In this document: in pieces, positions 41,185-50,525 of the stretch
Layout of the letters: each line of letters opens with the position of its first letter
Position numbering within the stretch: the first letter of the stretch is position 1
Assembly (NCBI GenBank): GCA_964534275.1
Contig: CAZHQG010000010.1
Coordinates: forward strand, 6,744 to 70,743
Origin: an uncultured Candidatus Binatia bacterium
Lineage (GTDB): Bacteria > Desulfobacterota > Binatia > HRBIN30
Direction: 5' to 3'
DNA length: 64,000 bases
The notes under the pieces: model-generated
What the model was told of the DNA's origin: nothing
Databases searched by the model: none
Seen by the model: the letters and a program-made list of their open reading frames with translations, nothing else
Made by a program: the position numbers and the translations under genes

Positions 41185-42271
41185 GCCACGCACGCACGTC
41201 TCCCCAACCGAACAAATCGCAGAGCGCAAGCGGTCGCACCTGGACTTGTGTGCGAACGCAGCCGTGGAACACCCAGAGAAGACAACCTTGTTTGAAGAAG
41301 TGGACTTCATCCACAACGCCTTGCCCGAGTTGGCTTTGGACGAAATCGATCTTTCCACCGAGTTCCTCGGCAAACGGCTTGCGGCACCATTTCTGATTAC
41401 GGGCATGACGGGCGGCACTGCGGACGCTTTCGCGATCAATCGCGATTTGGCTGCTCTCGCAGAACGCTGCCAAATTGCTTTCGGACTTGGAAGCCAGCGC
41501 GCGATGCAGCGCGACCCGAGTCTGGCATGGACGTACCAAGTCCGTGAGTTTGCACCCACAACGGTCGTTCTCGCGAACATCGGCCTCACGCAGGCGGCAA
41601 CGCAGCCCACGGAAGCACTGCGCGAGCTGTTGCAGCTCGTTGGCGCCGATGCGTTGTGCATTCACCTAAACCCGGCCCAGGAATTGATTCAACCGGAGGG
41701 CGACCGCGATTTCCGCAACGGTTACTCCGCGATCGAACGGGTGGTCCGCGAACTTGGCGCACCGGTGATCGTCAAGGAAACTGGCTGCGGCATTTCGACG
41801 GCCGTGGCCGCGAGGCTTCACGCCCTCGGCGTCGAGTACATCGACTTTTCAGGCGCTGGCGGGACTTCTTGGGTACGGGTGGAAAGCCTGCGCACTCAAG
41901 GCCGCGCCCACCGTCTGGGAGAGCTGTTTGCCTCTTGGGGCATCCCCACAGCTGCAGCCCTCGCAGCCGCACGACATTTGCCGCTCAAGCGCATCGCAAG
42001 CGGAGGACTCCGGAACGGACTCGACGCGGCCAAAGCCATCGCACTCGGCGCGGATCTGTGTGGCATGGCGCTGCCTGTGTTCCGCGCGTACCAGCAAGGC
42101 GGTCGCGAGGGGGCGGTTTCGTTCCTGCAGCAATGTACCGACGCCCTGCGCACGGCCATGCTGCTCACCGGTTCGGCATCGTTACGCGACTTGCAATCCC
42201 AGCCTGTCGTATTGGGGCCGCGACTCCAAACGTGGCTGAACACGTTGAACCAACTGCAGGGGAGGAAGTGA
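41171..42271 (+). CDS. fni: Isopentenyl-diphosphate delta-isomerase, type 2 (FMN-dependent).
   Basis: RKRSHLDLC...FEEVDFIHNALPELALDEIDLSTEFLGKRLAAPFLITGMTGG and a TIM-barrel FMN-binding C-terminus. Confidence 0.85.
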   Translation: MSVGKPRTHVSPTEQIAERKRSHLDLCANAAVEHPEKTTLFEEVDFIHNALPELALDEIDLSTEFLGKRLAAPFLITGMTGGTADAFAINRDLAALAERCQIAFGLGSQRAMQRDPSLAWTYQVREFAPTTVVLANIGLTQAATQPTEALRELLQLVGADALCIHLNPAQELIQPEGDRDFRNGYSAIERVVRELGAPVIVKETGCGISTAVAARLHALGVEYIDFSGAGGTSWVRVESLRTQGRAHRLGELFASWGIPTAAALAAARHLPLKRIASGGLRNGLDAAKAIALGADLCGMALPVFRAYQQGGREGAVSFLQQCTDALRTAMLLTGSASLRDLQSQPVVLGPRLQTWLNTLNQLQGRK

Positions 42272-42275
42272 CGCC

Positions 42276-43571
42276 ATGGAACCAAGAAACACAAACTCGC
42301 GCATCGAAGGATTTTACAAGCTGCCGCGAAAAGAACGGCTGGTCACCTTAGCCCGCATGGGTGGCCTGGAGGAAAACGAGGTGGCAGAACTGCTCAACCC
42401 CACGCCGCTACCGTTCGAAGTCGCTGAGCACATGATCGAGAACGCCATCGGAGTGCTCGGCTTGCCACTCGGGGTAGGGCTGAACTTTCTCATCAACGGC
42501 CGCGAGCGGCTCGTTCCGATGGCAATCGAGGAACCTTCTGTCGTAGCCGCCGCTAGCTTCGCCGCTCGGCTGGTCCGCGAAGCTGGCGGATTTTTTGCGG
42601 AAGCGGATCCTTCGCTGATGATCGGTCAAGTGCAGCTCCTGGGTATCCAAGACCTCACCGCTGCATGCGAACGACTGCAAGCTGCCACGGGGCGCATTTT
42701 GGCGCTGGCCAACTCGGTCCATCCGAACATGCTCAAACGCGGCGGAGGCGCGCGCAAGCTCGAGTTTCGCCCCTTGCCCGACACGCCCTGCGGGCCCATG
42801 CTCGTGGTGCACATTCTCGTGGACGTAGGCGATGCCATGGGGGCCAATGCCATCAACAGCATCGCCGAAACCGTGGCCCCTTTGCTGGAGGAAATCAGTG
42901 GCGGCGAAGCGCGCTTGCGGATTCTTTCCAACCTCGCCGACCAGCGCCTTGCCCGCGCCACGGCGCGCATCCCCTTTCATATCCTCGAGACCGAAAAATT
43001 CTCCGGCGAGCAGGTTGCTCGCCGAATCGAAGAAGCTTGGGCGTTCGCCTACGCCGACCCCTATCGTGCTGCGACTCATAACAAAGGTATCATGAATGGA
43101 ATCGACGCGGTTGCCCTTGCCACAGGGCAAGACTGGCGCGGGATCGAAGCAGGCGCCCACGCCTACGCAGCGCGCGACGGGCAGTATCGGCCGCTGAGCG
43201 AGTGGCGGGTCCACAACGGCGCGCTCGTGGGCACCATCGAGTTACCGCTCGCGGTGGGCACGGTGGGCGGCAACCTGGAATGCAACCCGCGAGCGAATTT
43301 CGGCCTCCGGCTCTTGCGCGCACGATCTGCACGCGACCTTGCAGCCGTCATGGCTGCGGTCGGCCTTGCCCAAAACCTGGCCGCTGTCCGCGCTCTCGCC
43401 ACCGACGGGATCCAACGCGGGCACATGGCTCTGCACGCTCGGGGGCTGGCTGTGGCGGCTGGGGCATCTGATGACATCGTCGATCAAGTGGTCGAGGAAC
43501 TCATCGCCAGCGGCGAGATCAAACTGAGCAAGGCCCGAGAAATTGTTGCCGCGCGCAAGCGTGCCGCATGA
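42276..43571 (+). CDS. mvaA: Hydroxymethylglutaryl-CoA reductase (class II-like).
   Basis: GFYKLPRKERL...ENAIGVLGLPLGVGLNFLINGRE...EEPSVVAAAS are conserved HMGR catalytic-domain blocks. Confidence 0.85.
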   Translation: MEPRNTNSRIEGFYKLPRKERLVTLARMGGLEENEVAELLNPTPLPFEVAEHMIENAIGVLGLPLGVGLNFLINGRERLVPMAIEEPSVVAAASFAARLVREAGGFFAEADPSLMIGQVQLLGIQDLTAACERLQAATGRILALANSVHPNMLKRGGGARKLEFRPLPDTPCGPMLVVHILVDVGDAMGANAINSIAETVAPLLEEISGGEARLRILSNLADQRLARATARIPFHILETEKFSGEQVARRIEEAWAFAYADPYRAATHNKGIMNGIDAVALATGQDWRGIEAGAHAYAARDGQYRPLSEWRVHNGALVGTIELPLAVGTVGGNLECNPRANFGLRLLRARSARDLAAVMAAVGLAQNLAAVRALATDGIQRGHMALHARGLAVAAGASDDIVDQVVEELIASGEIKLSKAREIVAARKRAA

Positions 43572-44563
43572 GGGAGTGCAGCGTGGCAGAGTCTCGCCGA
43601 GGCCGGGGGACTGCTTCCGGCAAAGTGATTTTGCTCGGAGAGCACGCGGTCGTGTACGGGTTTCCCGCGATCGCGCTGCCGATCCCACGTCAGGTAACGG
43701 TCGAGCTCTCCTTCCGTTCCGAACCCTCCGGGTGTGTCGGGTACGGCACACCGCCAGCTCCTCCTGAAGCTGCCACCATCACACTACCCGACCTCCTGCT
43801 CCACGCGGGCACTCGCCTCGGTGTCGACCCGTGCGACCTCGAAGCCTCTGTCGCCTCCGACATTCCGCCTGGCATGGGCCTCGGAAGTTCCGCTGCACTC
43901 AGCGTCGCACTGCTGCGAGCGCTGGCTGATCTCACCGGCGTGCACCTTGGTCTCGCCAACCTCAACGCGCACGCCTACGCCCTCGAGTGTCTTTTCCATG
44001 GCGAACCCTCGGGCGTGGACAATACGACCGTCACTTACGGCACACTGTTGCGGTTCGTGCGGGGCGCCTCTCCGGAGCCACTCGAGGCAGCCGCTCCCCT
44101 GCATCTTGCCGTGGTGCTCGGAAAGCAACCCCGTCGCACACGCGCAGTCGTGGCGCGCTTGAACGCACAGCGCCAGGCAACGCCCGCGGCGGTGGACCGT
44201 GCGTTTGCCGCGATCGGCGAGCTCGCGAACCATGCTGTAGAAGCGCTCCGTTCTGGCGATCATGCCCTGCTCGGCGCCTGCATGAACGAAAATCACGAAC
44301 TCTTGGGCGCACTGGGCGTGTCGACCGACGAGCTTGATGCGCTCGTGGCCGAAGCTCGGCGCGCAGGCGCATGGGGCGCAAAACTCACTGGGGGCGGCCG
44401 CGGGGGGGCCATCGTGTGCCTGTGCCCGACGAACCGACCTCAACTCCTACAACACTTTGAACGGAAGGGCGTGCAAGCGTTTGCTGTCGACTGGACCCCT
44501 TCTTCAAGAGGTGCGTATGAACGACATGTTGCAGAACTCCCCACTCCCGACCGCAACGCTTGA
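43568..44563 (+). CDS. mvk: Mevalonate kinase.
   Basis: SGKVILLGEHAVVYGFPAIALPI and GMGLGSSAALSVAL. There is a 4-nt overlap with the HMGR stop. Confidence 0.8.
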   Translation: MRECSVAESRRGRGTASGKVILLGEHAVVYGFPAIALPIPRQVTVELSFRSEPSGCVGYGTPPAPPEAATITLPDLLLHAGTRLGVDPCDLEASVASDIPPGMGLGSSAALSVALLRALADLTGVHLGLANLNAHAYALECLFHGEPSGVDNTTVTYGTLLRFVRGASPEPLEAAAPLHLAVVLGKQPRRTRAVVARLNAQRQATPAAVDRAFAAIGELANHAVEALRSGDHALLGACMNENHELLGALGVSTDELDALVAEARRAGAWGAKLTGGGRGGAIVCLCPTNRPQLLQHFERKGVQAFAVDWTPSSRGAYERHVAELPTPDRNA

Positions 44564-46523
44564 GGAATCTTCGGCGGGTTGGGAGACCAAGCTCGACGAA
44601 GCGATCCGGCGGACCCAAGCATTCCTCCTGCGCCGCCAACAGGCCGACGGTTACTGGCACTTTCCGCTGGAAGCCAACGTCACCATGGATGCGGAATATA
44701 TCTTCTTCAACCGTTTCATGGGTCGTGACGCGAGACGTCAAGAGGTGCGGGTCGTCGACCATATGTTTTCGACCCAAGCGTCGGACGGTTCGTGGTCGCT
44801 CTACCCCGGCGCCCCCGGTCATGTCAGCCTTACAATCGAAGCGTACTTCGCCCTGAAACTCGCCGGCATTTCTCCGCAAGAGGAGCGCTTGCAGCAGGCT
44901 GCACGCTTCATTCGCGCCCATGGAGGTCTGGCAAAGGCAGGTGTGTTCACACGCTGCTTTCTCGCCTACTTCGGACAGTTTCCGTGGTACGGGCTGCCGG
45001 CGATGCCGGTCGAGCTCATTCTCCTGCCCCCGTGGTTTCCGATCAACATTTACGCGTTTTCGAGCTGGGCACGGGAAACCGTCGTGCCGTTGACAATTCT
45101 CATGGCCTTGAAACCTCAGGTTCCGCTGGCTCCAGGCGAGGGAGTCGACGAGTTGTGGCTCTCTCCGCCTACGCCCCAGGCGCTTGCCTTTCCCGGCAGT
45201 CGCGAGTGGATCAGCTGGAAGAACTTTTTCCTCGCCGTCGATTCCACCTTGAAGTTTCTTAGCCGCACGATCCCGTGGGCGCCTTTGCGACAGCGCGCGC
45301 TCCGGCGAGCAGAGCAGTGGATCTTGGAGCGCCAAGACCGCAACGGTGGCTGGGGCGGCATCCAACCACCCATGCTGAACTGCGTGATGGCGCTCAAAAC
45401 CCTCGGTTATCCCGATGACCATCCGGTGATTCGCAAAGGCATTCAGGCAATCGACGACTTCCTCATTGCCGACGGCGACTCTTTGATGATGCAGCCCTGC
45501 GTCTCTCCCACGTGGGATACCGCGCTCGGCGCAAAAGCCCTGCTCGACTCTGGCCTCAGCCCCGATCACCCTGCGCTGGCACGCGCTGCGGAGTGGCTCA
45601 TTCGCAATCAGATCTTCAAACCTGGCGACTGGAGCGTGTACAACCCGGATTTAGATCCCGGTGGCTGGGCGTTCGAATTTGCCAACGACTGGTATCCCGA
45701 CGTGGATGACACCGCGGTCATCCTCATGCAGTTGCAACGCATCGCCATCAAGGACCGCCACGCTCGACAACGTGCCATTGCGTACGGCCTGCAGTGGGCC
45801 CTTGGCATGCAAAGCCGCAACGGCGGGTGGGCCGCCTTCGATACCAACAACGACAGCGAGTTTCTCAACCAGATCCCCTTCGCGGACATGGAGGCGATGA
45901 TCGACCCGCCCACGGAAGACCTGACCGGGCGCTTACTGGAACTCATGGGGAACTACGGGTTCGACTTGCAAAGCTCCCGTGCACGCAAGGCACATCGGTT
46001 CTTGCTCCGCACCCAGCGCAGCGACGGCTCTTGGTGGGGGCGCTGGGGTGCCAACTTTATCTACGGCACGTGGTCGGTCCTCGCTGGCCTGCGGGCCATT
46101 CATGACGACTTGCACGCCCCGCACATCCGCCGCGCCGTTGCCTGGCTCAAGCAACACCAAAACTCAGACGGTGGTTGGGGAGAAACCCTCGCCTCTTACG
46201 ACAACGAGGCACTCGCGGGACGAGGAGAATCCACTCCCTCGCAAACGGCTTGGGCAATCCTCGGCTTGCTTGCCGGAGAAGACGGGGTGAGTCGCGAGGT
46301 TCTGCGCGGAGTCGAGTATCTCGTGCGGACACAAAACCCCGACGGCAGTTGGGACGAGCGATTGTGGACCGGCACCGGTTTCCCTCGGCACTTTTACCTT
46401 CGTTACGATGGCTACCGCATTTACTTCCCCCTGATGGCGCTGGGGCAAGTCCGCCAGCGCTTGCGGGAACTTCGCGGGGCACGCGCCCGAACTGCCGCGG
46501 AGTCGGCTGTCCACTCGCGTTAG
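44517..46523 (+). CDS. shc: Squalene-hopene cyclase.
   Basis: Multiple QW motifs (QxxDGxW / GGW) and the DxDDTA catalytic motif (WYPDVDDTAV). Start refined to MNDMLQNS within ORF 44334..46523. Confidence 0.9.
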   Translation: MNDMLQNSPLPTATLEESSAGWETKLDEAIRRTQAFLLRRQQADGYWHFPLEANVTMDAEYIFFNRFMGRDARRQEVRVVDHMFSTQASDGSWSLYPGAPGHVSLTIEAYFALKLAGISPQEERLQQAARFIRAHGGLAKAGVFTRCFLAYFGQFPWYGLPAMPVELILLPPWFPINIYAFSSWARETVVPLTILMALKPQVPLAPGEGVDELWLSPPTPQALAFPGSREWISWKNFFLAVDSTLKFLSRTIPWAPLRQRALRRAEQWILERQDRNGGWGGIQPPMLNCVMALKTLGYPDDHPVIRKGIQAIDDFLIADGDSLMMQPCVSPTWDTALGAKALLDSGLSPDHPALARAAEWLIRNQIFKPGDWSVYNPDLDPGGWAFEFANDWYPDVDDTAVILMQLQRIAIKDRHARQRAIAYGLQWALGMQSRNGGWAAFDTNNDSEFLNQIPFADMEAMIDPPTEDLTGRLLELMGNYGFDLQSSRARKAHRFLLRTQRSDGSWWGRWGANFIYGTWSVLAGLRAIHDDLHAPHIRRAVAWLKQHQNSDGGWGETLASYDNEALAGRGESTPSQTAWAILGLLAGEDGVSREVLRGVEYLVRTQNPDGSWDERLWTGTGFPRHFYLRYDGYRIYFPLMALGQVRQRLRELRGARARTAAESAVHSR

Positions 46524-46538
46524 CAGGGAGAGCTCACC

Positions 46539-48293
46539 GTGCCTTCGAGCGCCGAACTGGAAGCCGCGTACGCGCACTGCTGGCAAATCGCCTGCTCGCA
46601 CTACGAGAACTTCCCCATTGGCTCCTGGTTGCTCCCCCGTCATTTGCGGCGAGCGTTGGCAGCAATTTATGCGTTCTCACGCGTGGCGGACGACCTTGCC
46701 GACGAAGGCACGCGTCCCTCGCACGAACGACTGGCTGCCCTCGACGAGTGGGAACGACACCTCGAAGCGTGCTTTGCCGGCACGCCCACCCACCCAGTGT
46801 TTGTGGCGCTCGCCGATACCGTCCGGCAGTTCCAGCTACCCATCGAACCCTTTCGAGCCCTTCTCACGGCGTTCCGCTACGACGCCGACTTCCGGCCGTT
46901 CGCGACCTTTGCAGACTTGCTCGCGTATTGCCGTCACTCCGCAAATCCGGTCGGACATTTGGTGCTGTACTTGTTCGGCTATCGCGACGCGGAACGCCAA
47001 GCCTTGGCGGACGACATCTGCACCGGTCTCCAGCTCGCAAACTTTTGGCAAGACCTGGCGGTGGATGCCGCGAAAGGGCGCGTGTACTTACCGCTCGCGG
47101 ACTTGCAAGAGTGGCACCTCTCGCCCGAGATGCTCCTGGCCGGCAACCCACCACGCGAGCAATTACGGTCGCTCCTCGTCGTCCAGGTGGAGCGGGCGCG
47201 GAGTTTCCTCACGCGTGGCCTGGCCCTCGCCCGCCTCGTGGAACCCTCGCTCGCGCGCGAAGTCCGCTTGTTCGCTCATGGCGGGCTGGCCATTCTGGAT
47301 CGGATTGCTGCTGCGGACTACGATGTCTGGAGCCAGCGCCCTCGGCTTTCCCGGTGGGACAAAGCCCGCCTGCTCCTGCGCTTTGCACGGCCCATGGTCG
47401 GATCCACAACGAGTACGCGGGAGACCACTTCGGGTTCCTTACAACGGGACTATGCGTACTGCGCCGAGGTGACACGCCGCAGCTCGAGCAACTTCTACTA
47501 CGCCTTTCACCTGCTTCCGCCCGAGAAGCGGCAAGCACTTTGTGCCGTGTACGCTTTTTGCCGCTTCGTCGACGACATCGCCGATCGCAGCGACCCGAAC
47601 TGGTCGCCACGGGATGCGATCGCCCGCTGGCGCGAAGAAGTGGCGGCCGTGTATGCAGGGCGCCCCACACACCCCATCAGCCGAGCATTGGCGGACGCCG
47701 TGCAACGCTATCCCCTGCAGCAGCGATACTTCCAAGAACTGATCACCGGTGTGGAAATGGACCTAACGCGCCGCTCGTACCAGACGTGGGCCGACTTGCG
47801 CCAGTACTGCTACCGCGTGGCAAGCACGGTCGGCCTGCTTTGCATCGAAATTTTCGGGTACGAAAATCCTTCTGCCCGCCAATATGCCGTCGATTTGGGC
47901 ATTGCGTTTCAACTGACCAACATTCTCCGCGACGTCCGGGAAGACGCTGAACGCGGTCGCGTGTATCTGCCGCGAGCCGACTTGGAACAATTCGACTGCT
48001 CGGAACGCGACTTACTGAGCGGGCGCTACTCACCCCAGGTGGCTGCGTTGCTCGCCTTCGAGTGTGGCCGGGCACGTGCGTTTTATCTCCGCGCACGCTC
48101 TGCGCTCGCTCCCGAAGATCGCCGCACTTTGGCCCCGGCGGAAGCCATGCGATTGATTTACCAGCGCTTACTGGGCCGCATCGAAGCGCAAAATTTCAAC
48201 GTGTTCGGGCCGCGCGTCACCCTGCCTCGTTACGAAAAACTCTCGCTGGCGCTCGCCGCCTGGGGCCGTTCGCACTTGTCTCGTGCATTCTGA
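46539..48293 (+). CDS. hpnC/hpnD: Squalene/phytoene-synthase-family bidomain protein: an HpnC-like (hydroxysqualene synthase) N-terminal half fused to an HpnD-like (presqualene diphosphate synthase) C-terminal half.
   Basis: Two complete trans-isoprenyl diphosphate synthase head-to-head domains, each with YAFxRxxDDxAD and a second Asp-rich motif (AIYAFSRVADDLADE ... NILRDVREDAERGRVYLP, then CAVYAFCRFVDDIADR ... NILRDVREDAERGRVYLP). The 584-aa frame has no stop between them. Confidence 0.75.
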   Translation: MPSSAELEAAYAHCWQIACSHYENFPIGSWLLPRHLRRALAAIYAFSRVADDLADEGTRPSHERLAALDEWERHLEACFAGTPTHPVFVALADTVRQFQLPIEPFRALLTAFRYDADFRPFATFADLLAYCRHSANPVGHLVLYLFGYRDAERQALADDICTGLQLANFWQDLAVDAAKGRVYLPLADLQEWHLSPEMLLAGNPPREQLRSLLVVQVERARSFLTRGLALARLVEPSLAREVRLFAHGGLAILDRIAAADYDVWSQRPRLSRWDKARLLLRFARPMVGSTTSTRETTSGSLQRDYAYCAEVTRRSSSNFYYAFHLLPPEKRQALCAVYAFCRFVDDIADRSDPNWSPRDAIARWREEVAAVYAGRPTHPISRALADAVQRYPLQQRYFQELITGVEMDLTRRSYQTWADLRQYCYRVASTVGLLCIEIFGYENPSARQYAVDLGIAFQLTNILRDVREDAERGRVYLPRADLEQFDCSERDLLSGRYSPQVAALLAFECGRARAFYLRARSALAPEDRRTLAPAEAMRLIYQRLLGRIEAQNFNVFGPRVTLPRYEKLSLALAAWGRSHLSRAF

Positions 48294-48301
48294 GGAGCGC
48301 C

Positions 48302-49684
48302 GTGTCGAGCAAAACGCTTCCCCACTTGCCGAGGCCAAGGTTGCCTGTCGCCGTGATTGGCGGCGGTTTCGCGGGACTCGCGGCGGCCGTGGAACTGGCG
48401 CAGTCGGGCCTGCCCGTGGTGGTGCTGGAAGCTCGGCGGAAATTGGGCGGTCGGGCTGTTTCGTTTGTCGACGCGGCAACCGGCGACGAAATCGACAACG
48501 GGCAGCATGCCCTGATGGGTTGCTACCACGAAACCTTGCGCTTCCTCGAGCTCATCGGGTCGGGAACGAACCTTGTCCGCCAGGACGTTTTGCGCGTGCC
48601 GTACGTCGACCTTGCCAACGGCCGGCACGCGGTGCTCGAGGCGGGGCGTTGGCCGAGCCCGCTCCACATGGCTTCCGCGATTGCTCGCTTTCCCCTGTTG
48701 GAAGCACGGCAACGGCTAGAAGCCCTGTGGGGAGGGCTCAAATGTATGGCTCTGCGCCAGCGCAACGATCCCGTGTTGGCACACATCACGGTGCAAGAGC
48801 TCCTGGATCTCTGCCGACAGTCGAGCGAAACGCGCGCCAAACTTTGGCATCCGATCGTCATCGCGACGCTCAACGAATTGCCGGCACGTGCTGCCGCTCG
48901 GCCCTTCGTCGAGGTGCTGGCGCGCGCATTTTTTTCCGGCCAGCGCGACTCCCAGTTCGTTTTTGCGCGGGTTCCGTTGAACCGCCTTTACGTGCATCAA
49001 GCTACGCAACACCTGACCAAGTTGGGAGCAGTGGTCCACACAGCCGCCGTCGTCGAACGCATTTTGGTCGACGGCGATCGTGCACTCGGCGTGCGACTCC
49101 GTGATGGCTCGTTCGTGCCTGTCGCAGGGATCGTTTGCGCAGTTCCCGTCGACGTAGCACAGCGACTCCTCGCGCCGATCGGAGTGTCCATTCCCACTGT
49201 ACACTTTAGCCCGATTGTGTCCGTGCACCTGTGGTTCCGGGAGCGCCCACCGCTGCCAGCTTTCGTTGGCTTGCTCGGAAGCCACACGCAGTGGGTGTTC
49301 GACCGCTCCTCACTGTGGCGGGAACCACGCCCGTCGGCCGCTTCAGGGACGTATCTCGCTAGCGCCGTCATCAGCGCCGCCCACGAAGAAGTGCATTGGA
49401 CCGACGAGCGGCTTGTTACGACCGTCACCGAGGAACTGCGGCGTGCGTTTCCTGCCCTTGCTGACGTACGCTTGCACCACGCCAGCGTCGTGCGAGAAAA
49501 GCGCGCCACGCCCTCGCTCACGCCGGAATTCGAGCGGCAGCGCCCCGGAGCTCGCACGCCCATCAAGAACCTCGTGCTCGCGGGCGACTGGACCAATACC
49601 GGCTTGCCAGCCACCATCGAAAGCGCGGTCGCCAGCGCCCGCGAGGCCGTGCGCAACGTTGTCTTGCAACTCGTACACGCGTAG
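48302..49684 (+). CDS. hpnE: Hydroxysqualene dehydroxylase (FAD-dependent amine-oxidase family).
   Basis: VAVIGGGFAGLAAAVELAQSGLPVVVLEARRKLGGRA is the FAD dinucleotide fold. It sits directly after hpnC/hpnD. A GTG start is inferred in the ORF frame. Confidence 0.75.
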   Translation: MSSKTLPHLPRPRLPVAVIGGGFAGLAAAVELAQSGLPVVVLEARRKLGGRAVSFVDAATGDEIDNGQHALMGCYHETLRFLELIGSGTNLVRQDVLRVPYVDLANGRHAVLEAGRWPSPLHMASAIARFPLLEARQRLEALWGGLKCMALRQRNDPVLAHITVQELLDLCRQSSETRAKLWHPIVIATLNELPARAAARPFVEVLARAFFSGQRDSQFVFARVPLNRLYVHQATQHLTKLGAVVHTAAVVERILVDGDRALGVRLRDGSFVPVAGIVCAVPVDVAQRLLAPIGVSIPTVHFSPIVSVHLWFRERPPLPAFVGLLGSHTQWVFDRSSLWREPRPSAASGTYLASAVISAAHEEVHWTDERLVTTVTEELRRAFPALADVRLHHASVVREKRATPSLTPEFERQRPGARTPIKNLVLAGDWTNTGLPATIESAVASAREAVRNVVLQLVHA

Positions 49685-49697
49685 GATGAGGCAACGG

Positions 49698-50525
49698 ATG
49701 AAGACCTTTGCCGTGTTTGCTGCCTTGCCCTGGGAGTGTACGGCAGCGGTACAATGGCTCCAGCAAGTCGAGCGCGGGCGGACGAGCGGGTTCGTTTGGT
49801 GGCAGGGACGCGCCGCAGATCATCGCGTGCGGGTGGTCCGAACTGGCATCGGTGCTGAACGCGCTGCAGCCGCCGTCCGTGACACGTTTTCCCAATTCCC
49901 GTTCGAGCTCGCTGTGAGCACAGGATGTGCCGGTGGGCTCGTTCCCGCTCTGGAACCAGGGGCACTGGTCGTTGCGACGGAAGTCGTTTGCGACCACGAC
50001 GGAACCCGTTACGCGACGGCACCCCTTGACCAAGACGCGCTCCCCCCGAACCACTGGAAACTGTCCCTGCATTTCGGGCGACAACTGTGCGTGCGCTCCG
50101 CGCTCTCGACGGCGGCGGAAAAACAAGCTGCGGGCGTGCGCTTCGAAGCTCTTGCGGTCGACATGGAAAGCGCTGGCGTTGCCCGGAGTTCCACAGAACT
50201 CGGTGTGCCGTTCGTGAGCGTCCGGGCCATTCTCGACCCAACGGCGGCGGCCCTCCCGGGTACGGGCACGCTGCTCGATCCGACGACCGGACAGGTTCGC
50301 CCCTGGCAACTGTTCCGTGCCTTGGCAACGGGCGGCGGCGAGCTCTGGAGCGAACTCCGCGCCCTACAGCACTTCAAGCGCCAAGCACAAACCGCGCTTG
50401 GAATTTTTTTCCGTGTGTATTTTTCGAGCCTCGCGGGCAACACGCAAACCGCTTCCAACCGCGAAGCTCGCCATCATCACGAGGAGGAACCATGCGATTT
50501 CCGTTGCACATCACGACCGACATGA
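49698..50525 (+). CDS. hpnG: Hopanoid-associated phosphorylase/nucleosidase (PNP_UDP_1 family).
   Basis: AVSTGCAGGL...ALAVDMESAGVA...VRAILD is the MTA/SAH-nucleosidase-like signature. Start refined to MKTF within ORF 49215..50525. The 3' end overlaps hpnH. Confidence 0.7.
   Translation: MKTFAVFAALPWECTAAVQWLQQVERGRTSGFVWWQGRAADHRVRVVRTGIGAERAAAAVRDTFSQFPFELAVSTGCAGGLVPALEPGALVVATEVVCDHDGTRYATAPLDQDALPPNHWKLSLHFGRQLCVRSALSTAAEKQAAGVRFEALAVDMESAGVARSSTELGVPFVSVRAILDPTAAALPGTGTLLDPTTGQVRPWQLFRALATGGGELWSELRALQHFKRQAQTALGIFFRVYFSSLAGNTQTASNREARHHHEEEPCDFRCTSRPT

Noticed and set aside
44385-45569. 394-aa minus-strand ORF
   Set aside because: Antisense to squalene-hopene cyclase.
46175-47950. 591-aa plus-strand ORF
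   Set aside because: Alternate frame of hpnC/hpnD. It is Arg/Pro-rich with no domain content.
48997-50328. 443-aa minus-strand ORF
   Set aside because: Antisense to hpnE and hpnG. Low complexity.
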